Source: Candidatus Saccharimonadota bacterium (GTDB lineage Bacteria > Bacteroidota > Bacteroidia > Flavobacteriales > Blattabacteriaceae). Taken from it: a DNA stretch of 32,000 nt. Below are positions 17,321 to 25,404 of this stretch, piece by piece. Numbering within the stretch: position 1 is the first letter of the stretch; each line of letters begins with the position of its first letter. The notes below the pieces were generated by a model. The model did not search any database. It was not told the DNA's origin and was given only the letters and a program-made list of their open reading frames with translations. The translations under genes were made by a program, and so were the position numbers. The stretch is from the NCBI RefSeq assembly GCF_014252315.1, contig NZ_CP059216.1, forward strand, positions 210,001-242,000, written 5' to 3'.

Positions 17321-18796
17321 ATGAAAAACTTCAGTCTTTTTATCGTCTCTTTTTTTACCCTTTTTTCGAGCGTCTTTTCTCAAGATATAAATAAAAAATG
17401 GTCCGTAAAAATAGGAGTACATGATGTAAATTATTTTCCAGTACAACATCCTTTTAATGGATTTTTTTCGAAAGAAAATAATAGTATTGGGCCATCTATT
17501 GATGCAATAGCTGGATATAATTTTAACGATCATTTAGGAGTTTATACGGATGGATCTATGGGTATGGTAAGAAATTTAAGATGGAAAGTAGGTGATGCAA
17601 GTTTTTTTAAAATAGGTAATGGATTGAAAATACATCCTACTCCACATTATAAAATTGATCCTTATTTTAGAATTGGTGGTGGATATCATAGAACTAATGC
17701 ATATATGAATAGATTTTTAGATATATCAGACTCGGATATATATAGAATTATTAGAAAAAATTTTATTTTTATAGATGGTGGAGCTGGCCTTAATTTTTGG
17801 ATTTCACCTAATGTAGGATTAAATATGAATAGTGTATATAATCATGTATTTGCAAAACAATCAAGACATTATTTAGATTTTTGGAAACATGATTTAGGAT
17901 TAATTTTCCGTTTTGGAAAATCTTTAAAAGATAACAAAGAACTAATTAAAAAAATTAATTCTGTGAATGTAAAAAAAATACCTTATTTACCATCTATAAT
18001 TAAAGATAAAAATAATAATAACAATATTAAAAAAGAAAAAGGAAAAAAAACTCCTAATAGTACTGATAAATCTAACGATAATAAAAATCCTTTATTTATA
18101 AAAAGATCAGTAAAAGATAAAGAAAATATAGATCCAAATAATAATGAAAATGAATCTAATGTTAATACTAATAACACTAATAACACAAATAATATAAATA
18201 ATACAAATAACACAAATAACACAAATAACACAAATAACACAAATAACACAAATAGTAATAAAGATATAAATATATCAAATAATTCTAATGATATTATAAC
18301 TACAAAATCAAATAAAAAAAATGGAGTTTCAGTTGATAAAAAAATAAAAAAAATCGATATAAATAAAAATAAAACTAAACAAAGTAAAATAAATTATAAA
18401 AAAAATAAAAAAGTAAAATTAAATTATAAAGGAAAAGGAAGGAAAAACAATTTTTCTTCAATTTATAAAAAAAGAAAAAACAACAAAGTAAAATTAAATT
18501 ATAAAGAAAAAGGAAGGAAAAACAATTTTTCTTCAACTTATAAAAAAAGAAAAAACAATAAAGTAAAATCAAATTATAAAGGAAAAGGAAGGAAAAACAA
18601 TTTTTTTTCAATTTATAAAAAAAGAAAAAACAACAAAATAAAATCAAATTATAAAGAAAAAGGAAGGAAAAACAATTTTTTTTCAATTTATAAAAAAAGA
18701 AAAAACAACAAAGTAAAATCAAATTATAAAGGAAAAGAAAAGAAAAACAATCTTTCTTCAACTTCAGTAATAAATAAACAAAATGAAAAAAATTAG
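17321..18796 (+). CDS. Outer-membrane beta-barrel (OmpA-like/porin-family) protein with an Asn/Lys-rich low-complexity linker and a C-terminal polycationic 25-aa tandem-repeat tail
   Basis: 491 aa. A signal peptide MKNFSLFIVSFFTLFSSVFS/QD is followed by about 190 aa of alternating beta-strand-like segments rich in G/Y/F/N (GAGLNFWISPNVGLNMNSVYNHVF), ending in GLIFRFG. Next come K/N-rich sequence, (NNT)n, and five K[VI]K[LS]NYK[GE]KG[RK]KNNF[SF]S[IT]YKKRKNN repeats. No OmpA_C peptidoglycan-binding motif is recognisable. Confidence 0.7.
   Translation: MKNFSLFIVSFFTLFSSVFSQDINKKWSVKIGVHDVNYFPVQHPFNGFFSKENNSIGPSIDAIAGYNFNDHLGVYTDGSMGMVRNLRWKVGDASFFKIGNGLKIHPTPHYKIDPYFRIGGGYHRTNAYMNRFLDISDSDIYRIIRKNFIFIDGGAGLNFWISPNVGLNMNSVYNHVFAKQSRHYLDFWKHDLGLIFRFGKSLKDNKELIKKINSVNVKKIPYLPSIIKDKNNNNNIKKEKGKKTPNSTDKSNDNKNPLFIKRSVKDKENIDPNNNENESNVNTNNTNNTNNINNTNNTNNTNNTNNTNNTNSNKDINISNNSNDIITTKSNKKNGVSVDKKIKKIDINKNKTKQSKINYKKNKKVKLNYKGKGRKNNFSSIYKKRKNNKVKLNYKEKGRKNNFSSTYKKRKNNKVKSNYKGKGRKNNFFSIYKKRKNNKIKSNYKEKGRKNNFFSIYKKRKNNKVKSNYKGKEKKNNLSSTSVINKQNEKN
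18164..18250 (+). repeat. In-frame 9-bp microsatellite (AAT AAC ACA = Asn-Asn-Thr)n
   Basis: There are five perfect AATAACACA units at 18206-18250. About four or five degenerate units precede them from 18164 (AATACTAAT, AACACTAAT, AACACAAAT, AATATAAAT...). Confidence 0.85.
18410..18784 (+). repeat. 75-bp tandem repeat x5 (coding, in frame), last copy degenerate
   Basis: Copies lie at 18410-18484, 18485-18559, 18560-18634, 18635-18709 and 18710-18784. Copies 1-4 differ by only 2-5 nt. Codon 8 alternates GGA/GAA, which suggests a 150-bp super-unit. Confidence 0.9.
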
Positions 18797-18886
18797 TTTT
18801 TTGAATAATTTTTTTCAAAAAAACATCATATTAAAAATATGATTATACTTAATTATTATAATTTGTATTTTATAATATAATATGTT

Positions 18887-18915
18887 AACCCTCTTTTATT
18901 AAGAGGGTTTTTTTT
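18887..18915 (+). terminator. Rho-independent terminator downstream of the OMP gene, overlapping the last codons of convergent tatC
   Basis: A perfect 9-bp stem pairs AACCCTCTT (18887-18895) with AAGAGGGTT (18901-18909). The loop is TTATT, and a T-run follows to 18915. The right arm and T-run encode the QQKKPS* tail of tatC on the other strand. Confidence 0.6.
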
Positions 18916-19702
18916 GTTGTATATGAAAAGATATATATAAACTAACTTTATAAAGAATTAATAATGGTATTAAAACAATTATAGTACTTATAATATCTCC
19001 TGGAGTTATTGCAGATGATATAATTAACATTACTAATAATGCATGTTTTTTATATTTATTTAAAAATTCATAAGATATTAATTCCATTTTAGTAAGCAAA
19101 TACATAAAAAATGGAAATAAAAATATAATCCCCATTAATAATGTAGAATTAGTGATTAATGAAATATAATCACACAAATCGAAAATATTTTTAGGAATAT
19201 AACTAATTTTAAAATAATATGCGAAATGAATTAAAAATGGACATAGTATGAAATAACCAAAAAAAATACCAATAGAAAATAAAACAAAAACCATAAAAAA
19301 AATTTTTATGGAATATTTTTTTTCTTTCTTAGAAAGAGCAGGACTTATAAATCCCCAAAATTCATAAAATATATATGGAAAAGACAAAATAATTCCTCCT
19401 ATAAAACATGTCCATATATAAACATTAAATTGTCCAAATATTTTTCTATTTTGTATATACAGGTTATTGAAATAATAATTAGTTGAATAATTATATATTT
19501 CTAGTATTTTTATTAATTTTTTAAGTAAACGATAAGTGATAAAATTAATTTTTGCAGGACCAAAAATAATTTTATCAAATACAAAATTTTTGTTTATCAT
19601 TAAAATAATCATAAAAATTATAATAATAATGAAACAACGGATTATACGTGTTCTTAATTCTTCAATATGTTTCCAAAATGGCATTTTTTGTTGTTCATTC
19701 AT
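18899..19702 (-). CDS. tatC: Twin-arginine translocase subunit TatC
   Basis: 267 aa. It has MPFWKHIEELRTRII (the TatC N-terminal H.ELR motif), six predicted TM segments, and a PGDIIS-type C-terminal motif (AITPGDIIS). Confidence 0.9.
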   Translation of the reverse strand: MNEQQKMPFWKHIEELRTRIIRCFIIIIIFMIILMINKNFVFDKIIFGPAKINFITYRLLKKLIKILEIYNYSTNYYFNNLYIQNRKIFGQFNVYIWTCFIGGIILSFPYIFYEFWGFISPALSKKEKKYSIKIFFMVFVLFSIGIFFGYFILCPFLIHFAYYFKISYIPKNIFDLCDYISLITNSTLLMGIIFLFPFFMYLLTKMELISYEFLNKYKKHALLVMLIISSAITPGDIISTIIVLIPLLILYKVSLYISFHIQQKKPS

Positions 19703-19750
19703 AAAAATTATAATTTTAAAAATTATTACAAATAATATTTATATAATAAT

Positions 19751-20791
19751 ATGAAATGTGGAATTATAGGTCTTCCAAATGTTGGAAAGTCAACATTTTT
19801 TAATATTATATCTAATTCTAAAGTTTTATCAAAAAATTTTCCTTTTTGTACTATAAAACCAAATTATGGAATAATTAAAATACCAGATGACAGATTATTT
19901 GAATTAAAAAAAATAATTAATCCAATAAAAATTATTCCATCTGAAATAAATATAGTAGATATAGCAGGATTAATTAAAGGATCCCATAAAGGAGATGGAT
20001 TAGGAAATAAATTTTTATCTCATATTAGAGAAACTAACGCTATCATTCATATGATACGTGTTTTTGATGATATAAAAATTTCTCATGTAGAAGGTTATAT
20101 AGATCCTATTAGAGATAAAGAAATAATTGATATAGAATTACAACTAAAAGATTTAGAAACTATAGAAAAAAGATTGAAAAAAATTGATAAAAAAAATATA
20201 AAAATTCATAATAAAAACATTTCTTCTTTATTAAGAAATATGATTTCTTTTATAAAAGAAGGAAAAAGTATTAGGATGTATCCATTTATAAATAATAATG
20301 AAAGAAAATATATAGAAGATTTACAATTATTAACTATAAAACCTATATTATATATATGTAATATAAATAATATTAATCATATAGAAAATAATATAAAAAT
20401 AAAAAAATTACAAAATATAATTAATAAAGAAAATTCTGATATATTATTTATTTCTCTAAAAAATATAAATAGACAACATCTTAATCTTATATTTCATTCA
20501 ATTTTACATTTACTTAATCTAAAAACTTTTTTTACAGCAGGTAAAAAAGAAATACGTGCATGGAATATTCCAAAATTATACACAGCATATGAAGCTTCAT
20601 CTGTTATTCATACAGATTTTAAAAAAGGATTTATAAAAGCAGAAGTAATTAACTATAATGATTTCATTCGTTATAAAGATGAAACTAAATTAAAAAAATT
20701 AGGAAAAATTTTTTCTGCAGGAAAAAATTATTTAGTACAAGACGGAGATATTATGTTTTTTAAATATAATATTAATAAAAGAAATCATTAA
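19751..20791 (+). CDS. ychF: Ribosome-binding ATPase YchF (Obg-family P-loop protein)
   Basis: 346 aa. Motifs: CGIIGLPNVGKSTFFN, DIAGLIKGSHKGDGLGNKFL, and the C-terminal TGS-like domain (RAWNIPKLYTAYEASSVIHTDFKKGFIKAEV). Confidence 0.92.
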   Translation: MKCGIIGLPNVGKSTFFNIISNSKVLSKNFPFCTIKPNYGIIKIPDDRLFELKKIINPIKIIPSEINIVDIAGLIKGSHKGDGLGNKFLSHIRETNAIIHMIRVFDDIKISHVEGYIDPIRDKEIIDIELQLKDLETIEKRLKKIDKKNIKIHNKNISSLLRNMISFIKEGKSIRMYPFINNNERKYIEDLQLLTIKPILYICNINNINHIENNIKIKKLQNIINKENSDILFISLKNINRQHLNLIFHSILHLLNLKTFFTAGKKEIRAWNIPKLYTAYEASSVIHTDFKKGFIKAEVINYNDFIRYKDETKLKKLGKIFSAGKNYLVQDGDIMFFKYNINKRNH

Positions 20792-21845
20792 TATTATTAT
20801 TAATATTATGTAGTACTTTATATATTAATGATATAGTTTGTTTTATATCATTTTTATGAACCATTTCTACTGTAGTATGCATATATTTTAATGGAATAGA
20901 TATTAAAGAAGATAATATACCTGTATTAGAATAAGAAAATTCGTCCACATCAGTTCCTGTACTATAAGATGAAACTAATCTTTGAAAATTAATTTTATTA
21001 TCAATAGCAGTTTTTATAATCATTTCTCTTATATTACTTTTTACAGACGGAGAATAAGTTATTACAGGACCTAATCCACATTTTATGTCTCCTTGTATTT
21101 TTTTATCTATCATAGGTCCAGATGTATCATGTGTAACATCAGTTATTATAGAGATATTAGGTTTTATATATTTTGATATCATTTTTGCTCCTTTTAATCC
21201 AACTTCTTCTTGAACAGAATTTACAATATATAATCCATAATTTAAATTAACATTATTTTTTATAATCATTTTACCTACTTCAGCAATAATAAATCCTCCT
21301 ATTTTATTATCTAATGATTTAGAAACAAAATATTTATTATTATTTGTAATAAAAAATTTATCAGTATATGAAATAAAACAACCTACATTAATTCCTAATT
21401 CTAAAACTTCTTTTTTATTATTAGCTCCAACATCTATAAATAAATTTTCTACATTAGGATATTTTTCGCTAGAATTTTTTCTTGTATGAATTGCTTGCCA
21501 TCCAAATACTCCATATATTATCCCTTTTTCTGTATAAATCATTACTTTTTTTGATAGAGCTATCTGGTTATCAGTTCCACCATTACGTGATACATATATT
21601 AATCCATCTTCTGATATATAATTTACAATCCAAGATATTTCATCTACATGAGCTTCAATTACTAACTTTTTTTTACTATTTGGATTTATAATAGCTACAG
21701 CTGTTCCATATAGATCTTCATAAGTTTTATTTACATAATTTTTTATATAATCCAACCATATTTTTTGTCCAACACTTTCGTTTCCTGGTGGAGTAAAACT
21801 ATTTAAATAATTTTCAATAAAATTAATAGAATCTTTTTCTAACAT
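20772..21845 (-). CDS. M42-family metallo-aminopeptidase (FrvX/YpdE-like)
   Basis: 357 aa. Motifs: EAHVDEISWIV, NGGTD, SLDNKIGG, VQEEVGLKGAK, ITDVTHDT, GTDVDEF and IPLKYMHTTVE. These match the metal-ligand blocks of the M42 family. Confidence 0.85.
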   Translation of the reverse strand: MLEKDSINFIENYLNSFTPPGNESVGQKIWLDYIKNYVNKTYEDLYGTAVAIINPNSKKKLVIEAHVDEISWIVNYISEDGLIYVSRNGGTDNQIALSKKVMIYTEKGIIYGVFGWQAIHTRKNSSEKYPNVENLFIDVGANNKKEVLELGINVGCFISYTDKFFITNNNKYFVSKSLDNKIGGFIIAEVGKMIIKNNVNLNYGLYIVNSVQEEVGLKGAKMISKYIKPNISIITDVTHDTSGPMIDKKIQGDIKCGLGPVITYSPSVKSNIREMIIKTAIDNKINFQRLVSSYSTGTDVDEFSYSNTGILSSLISIPLKYMHTTVEMVHKNDIKQTISLIYKVLHNINNNINDFFY

Positions 21846-21859
21846 AATAAATTAAATTT

Positions 21860-22705
21860 TTAATTTTTTTTAATAAAAAACCATCCTTCAAAAACTAATT
21901 TAACAGGTCCAGTTAAATAAATTTTTTGATATTCTTCATTTTTTATATCAAATGAAACCCATAATTTTCCTCCTAATGTATCAACTTCTATTTTATTATT
22001 ATTTTTTTTTATTTTTCTATTTTCAACAGAAGCAATTACAGAAGCAACAACTCCAGTTCCACAAGATAAAGTTTCATTTTCTACACCTCTTTCATATGTT
22101 CTAACTTGAATATTTATATTATTATTTTTTAAATTATTTATTTGTACAAAATTAACATTAACTCCTTTTTTTAAATATTTATTGTTATATCTTATTTTTT
22201 TACCTATTTTACAAACATTTATATCAATTATTTTTTCGCAAAAAATAACATGATGAGGAGATCCAGTATCTATAAAAGTATAATTTGGATTAATTTCTAT
22301 TTTATTTTTTTTTATTGATGCTAATTCAATAGAAATTATATTATTACTTTTAATAAATCCTTTATGATAACCATCAATAGTTTTAAATAGTGTTTCTGAT
22401 TTATTTTTATTTGATAATAATCCTAATATTCTAGATAAATAAATAGCACATCTTCCTCCATTTCCACACATTGATCCTATTTTTCCATTTGAATTATAAT
22501 ATTTCATATAAAAATCACATTCATAATCTTTTTGTATTAGAATAACACCATCACCACCAATTCCAATATGTCTATTACATAATTTTTTAAAAAAATATTG
22601 ATCTTGTTCATTAAAAATATTATTATATATATCATTAATAACAATAAAATCGTTTCCTGTTCCATGAATTTTGAAAAAATTTATTTTTTTATTATTATTA
22701 ATCAT
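21860..22705 (-). CDS. dapF: Diaminopimelate epimerase
   Basis: 281 aa. It has HGTGNDFIVI and the two catalytic Cys motifs, SMCGNGGRC and LSCGTGVVAS. Confidence 0.92.
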   Translation of the reverse strand: MINNNKKINFFKIHGTGNDFIVINDIYNNIFNEQDQYFFKKLCNRHIGIGGDGVILIQKDYECDFYMKYYNSNGKIGSMCGNGGRCAIYLSRILGLLSNKNKSETLFKTIDGYHKGFIKSNNIISIELASIKKNKIEINPNYTFIDTGSPHHVIFCEKIIDINVCKIGKKIRYNNKYLKKGVNVNFVQINNLKNNNINIQVRTYERGVENETLSCGTGVVASVIASVENRKIKKNNNKIEVDTLGGKLWVSFDIKNEEYQKIYLTGPVKLVFEGWFFIKKN

Positions 22706-22776
22706 ACCTAAACATTATTTTATTATAAAAATTTAAAATTTGTATATTCTTCTTTTGAATAAATCCATATACTATA

Positions 22777-22784
22777 TATATTTG
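22777..22784 (+). promoter_or_regulatory. Candidate Bacteroidetes -7 promoter box (TATATTTG) for htrA
   Basis: It matches TAnnTTTG and ends 43 nt upstream of the ATG at 22827, within the 121-bp divergent dapF/htrA spacer. Confidence 0.3.
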
Positions 22785-22826
22785 TTTATAAATATCAACA
22801 GAATTAATGTAATATTATAATTTTTT

Positions 22827-24122
22827 ATGAAAAAAATAATTTTTTATATTATTTTAAGTAGTTTTATTAGCTCAATGATGAGTATAACAGCGTATAAAAA
22901 ATATATAGAAAAAGATCCTATACGATTTCCATCATGTAATAATAATAATAAAATTTACCCTTATTCAAATTCTTCTTTTATAAGAAAAAAAAGAATTTTT
23001 TCAAATAAATCTTCTTATTTAAAGCCTTTTTCAGATTATAATATATCATCTGAATCTAAATATGTATCATCAAATCCTGATTTTACTAAAGCTGTAAATA
23101 AAACAATAAATTCAGTTGTTAATATAAACAATTATTCAAAAACAAATGGATATGATATTGATGATAGTACTGATCCATTAGATTTATTTTTTGGATTTCC
23201 GTATGATTATTTTAATGATAGAAAAAATAATGATATAGAAAAAGAATATGATAAAAATGATGTTCCAGAATTTCATGGATCAGGAGTAATTATATCTGAT
23301 AATGGATATATTGTTACTAATTATCATGTAATAAAAAATGCAAAAAAAATAGAAGTAGTTCTTAATAATCAAAAAAATTACATAGCTAAATTAATAGGAA
23401 CAGATCCAAGTACTGATATTGCATTATTGAAAATAAATGAAAAAGAATTACCGTTTGTAATTTTTTCTGATTCAGATAAAGTAAAAATAGGAGAATGGGT
23501 TTTAGCAATTGGAAATCCTTTTAACTTAAATTCTACTGTTACAGCAGGAATTATTAGTGCAAAAAATAGAGATTTAGGCATATTAAATGATGATACAGAT
23601 TATTCAATTGAATCTTTTTTACAAACTGATGCAGCTGTAAATCCTGGAAATAGTGGAGGTCCTTTGATTAATACTAATGGAAATTTAATTGGTATTAATA
23701 CAGCTATTTCGTCTCATTCAGGAAATTTTATTGGATATAGTTTTGCTACACCATCAAATTTAGTTTTAAAAGTTGTAAAAGATATTATGAAATATGGATC
23801 AGTAAAAAGAGCATTTTTAGGAATTAAAGGGGTTGATTTATCAAAATCAGATTTTTTAAAATTCTATAATAGAAAAAATAATAAAAATATAAAACCCCAG
23901 TTTGGGTTACTAGTAGAAAAAGTATTTAATGGTGGATCTGCTTATTATGCAGGAATAAAAAATGAAGATATAATTAAAAATATAGACAATAAACAAATTC
24001 AAAATATTGGAGATGTTTCTTTTATTGTTGGAATGAAAAAACCAGGAGAAAAAATAAATATTGTTGTTTTACGAAATGGTAAAATAAAAAATTTTAATAA
24101 TGTTGTATTGAAAAATATTTAA
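22827..24122 (+). CDS. htrA: HtrA/DegP-family periplasmic serine protease (trypsin-like domain plus one PDZ)
   Basis: 431 aa. An N-terminal hydrophobic signal/anchor is followed by the catalytic triad contexts TNYHVI, TDIALLKI and GNSGGPL. The C-terminal PDZ-like region contains GSAYYAGIKNEDII. Confidence 0.9.
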   Translation: MKKIIFYIILSSFISSMMSITAYKKYIEKDPIRFPSCNNNNKIYPYSNSSFIRKKRIFSNKSSYLKPFSDYNISSESKYVSSNPDFTKAVNKTINSVVNINNYSKTNGYDIDDSTDPLDLFFGFPYDYFNDRKNNDIEKEYDKNDVPEFHGSGVIISDNGYIVTNYHVIKNAKKIEVVLNNQKNYIAKLIGTDPSTDIALLKINEKELPFVIFSDSDKVKIGEWVLAIGNPFNLNSTVTAGIISAKNRDLGILNDDTDYSIESFLQTDAAVNPGNSGGPLINTNGNLIGINTAISSHSGNFIGYSFATPSNLVLKVVKDIMKYGSVKRAFLGIKGVDLSKSDFLKFYNRKNNKNIKPQFGLLVEKVFNGGSAYYAGIKNEDIIKNIDNKQIQNIGDVSFIVGMKKPGEKINIVVLRNGKIKNFNNVVLKNI

Positions 24123-24152
24123 TATAATTTTTAAAAAAAAATGATCAACAAT

Positions 24153-25235
24153 TTATATATTGTATATGTTACTTTTATTATAATATAATATTGTTATTAT
24201 TACAAATAATATATTTGGAACATAAATGATATACGGAGTAATATAATATTTAATAGAAACTATTTTAATAAATCCCACAAAAAATATATAAAAAAATACA
24301 GTTAATACTCCAATAATAATATTATATATAATTTCTCTATTTTTTTTTAAAGATATAGAAAATCCTAATATAGTAAATATTATAATAGTAATTGGAAAAA
24401 TTATTCTATTATAATATTCATATAAATAAATATTTATGTTTTTTTTATTTTTTTTAATAAATTGATTTAATTCATAAATAGTCATGGATTCTAATATAAT
24501 TTCTTCAGGATAAAAATATTCTGGAGATATAGGAAGTTTAATTATTTTATAAAATCCTTTTTTATAAAAATCTTTATTTTTATTATCATAAAAAAATATT
24601 TCTGAGTAATTATATAAGTGATATAATCTAGAATATTTAGACCATAAAATATACTTAGATTTTAATATATAAAATAATTTTTTATTATGAAAAACTACAT
24701 AATTAAAATTTATACCTATATTTTTTTTTTTGTAAAAATTTTTTATAAAAACATATTTATTATTTGAAATTATAGCAGCTGTTGATTTATTACTTATATG
24801 AATATGAAATGGATTTATTAAATATTGATAATGAAATTTATTTTTTTTTTTATTTATAGTAGGAATTAAATAAATATTTGTTAATAATGTTAAAAATCCT
24901 ATTATTGTAGCAGATATTAAATAAGGAATTATAATTCTTTTAAAACTAATTCCACTAGCTAAAATAGCGGTAATTTCTGAATTTTTTACCAATTTAGATG
25001 TAAACAATATAACTGAAAAAAATAAAAAAATAGGAGAAAAAGTTATAGCTATCCATATTGATAAATATGGATAATAGTATATTAATGCATTTTTTACCAA
25101 ATTTTGATTATTATATAACTGATAAATCATACATTTAGTAATATCTATAGATATACATATTATCTGCATAGATATAGTAATGAATATAAAATATTTAATA
25201 GAATTTTTAATTATATAACAATCAAAAATTTTCAT
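24153..25235 (-). CDS. LptF/LptG-family LPS export permease (YjgP/YjgQ)
   Basis: 360 aa. The MKIFDCYIIKN start is typical of the family. Three N-terminal TM helices, a beta-rich periplasmic middle section and three C-terminal TM helices follow. Confidence 0.75.
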   Translation of the reverse strand: MKIFDCYIIKNSIKYFIFITISMQIICISIDITKCMIYQLYNNQNLVKNALIYYYPYLSIWIAITFSPIFLFFSVILFTSKLVKNSEITAILASGISFKRIIIPYLISATIIGFLTLLTNIYLIPTINKKKNKFHYQYLINPFHIHISNKSTAAIISNNKYVFIKNFYKKKNIGINFNYVVFHNKKLFYILKSKYILWSKYSRLYHLYNYSEIFFYDNKNKDFYKKGFYKIIKLPISPEYFYPEEIILESMTIYELNQFIKKNKKNINIYLYEYYNRIIFPITIIIFTILGFSISLKKNREIIYNIIIGVLTVFFYIFFVGFIKIVSIKYYITPYIIYVPNILFVIITILYYNKSNIYNI

Positions 25236-25404
25236 AATTTATTTTTTCTCATAAACTTAACTTATTGTATATACTTCAATATTATTTAAAAAAATATTTT
25301 CTATATATACCAACAAAATATAAATTGTATGACATATTTATATTATATAACAATAATCATAATTTTAATTTGTATAGTGTATAGTTTATTTAAATTAAAA
25401 TATT

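Noticed and set aside
17225-17533. 102-aa minus-strand ORF overlapping the 5-prime end of the OMP gene
   Set aside because: It overlaps the well-supported signal peptide and barrel start on the other strand and runs across the promoter/repeat region. It has no recognisable motifs. Long spurious ORFs of this kind are expected at about 80% A+T.
17983-18249. 88-aa minus-strand ORF (MLFVLFVLFVLFVLFV...)
   Set aside because: It is the antisense shadow of the (NNT)n microsatellite and K/N-rich linker. Its low-complexity Leu/Phe/Val repeat is an artefact of reading AAT-AAC-ACA backwards.
18410-18784. Possibility that the regular 75-bp repeats are a CRISPR array
   Set aside because: The units are directly abutting with no unique spacers. 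They are in frame within a long ORF, and no cas genes are nearby.
18375-18818. 147-aa minus-strand ORF with repeated FFFFYKLKKNCFSFLFLYNLILL units
   Set aside because: It is the antisense shadow of the 75-bp coding repeats in the OMP gene. Its periodicity is inherited from the plus-strand repeat. It has no credible start context and would overlap a gene that has a signal peptide and barrel signature.
18797-18842. AT-only inverted repeats after the OMP stop: TTTTTTGAA/TTCAAAAAA at 18797-18822 and ATCATAT/ATATGAT at 18824-18842
   Set aside because: All-A/T palindromes of this size are frequent by chance in this composition and would form very weak stems. The GC-containing hairpin at 18887-18915 is a much better terminator candidate.
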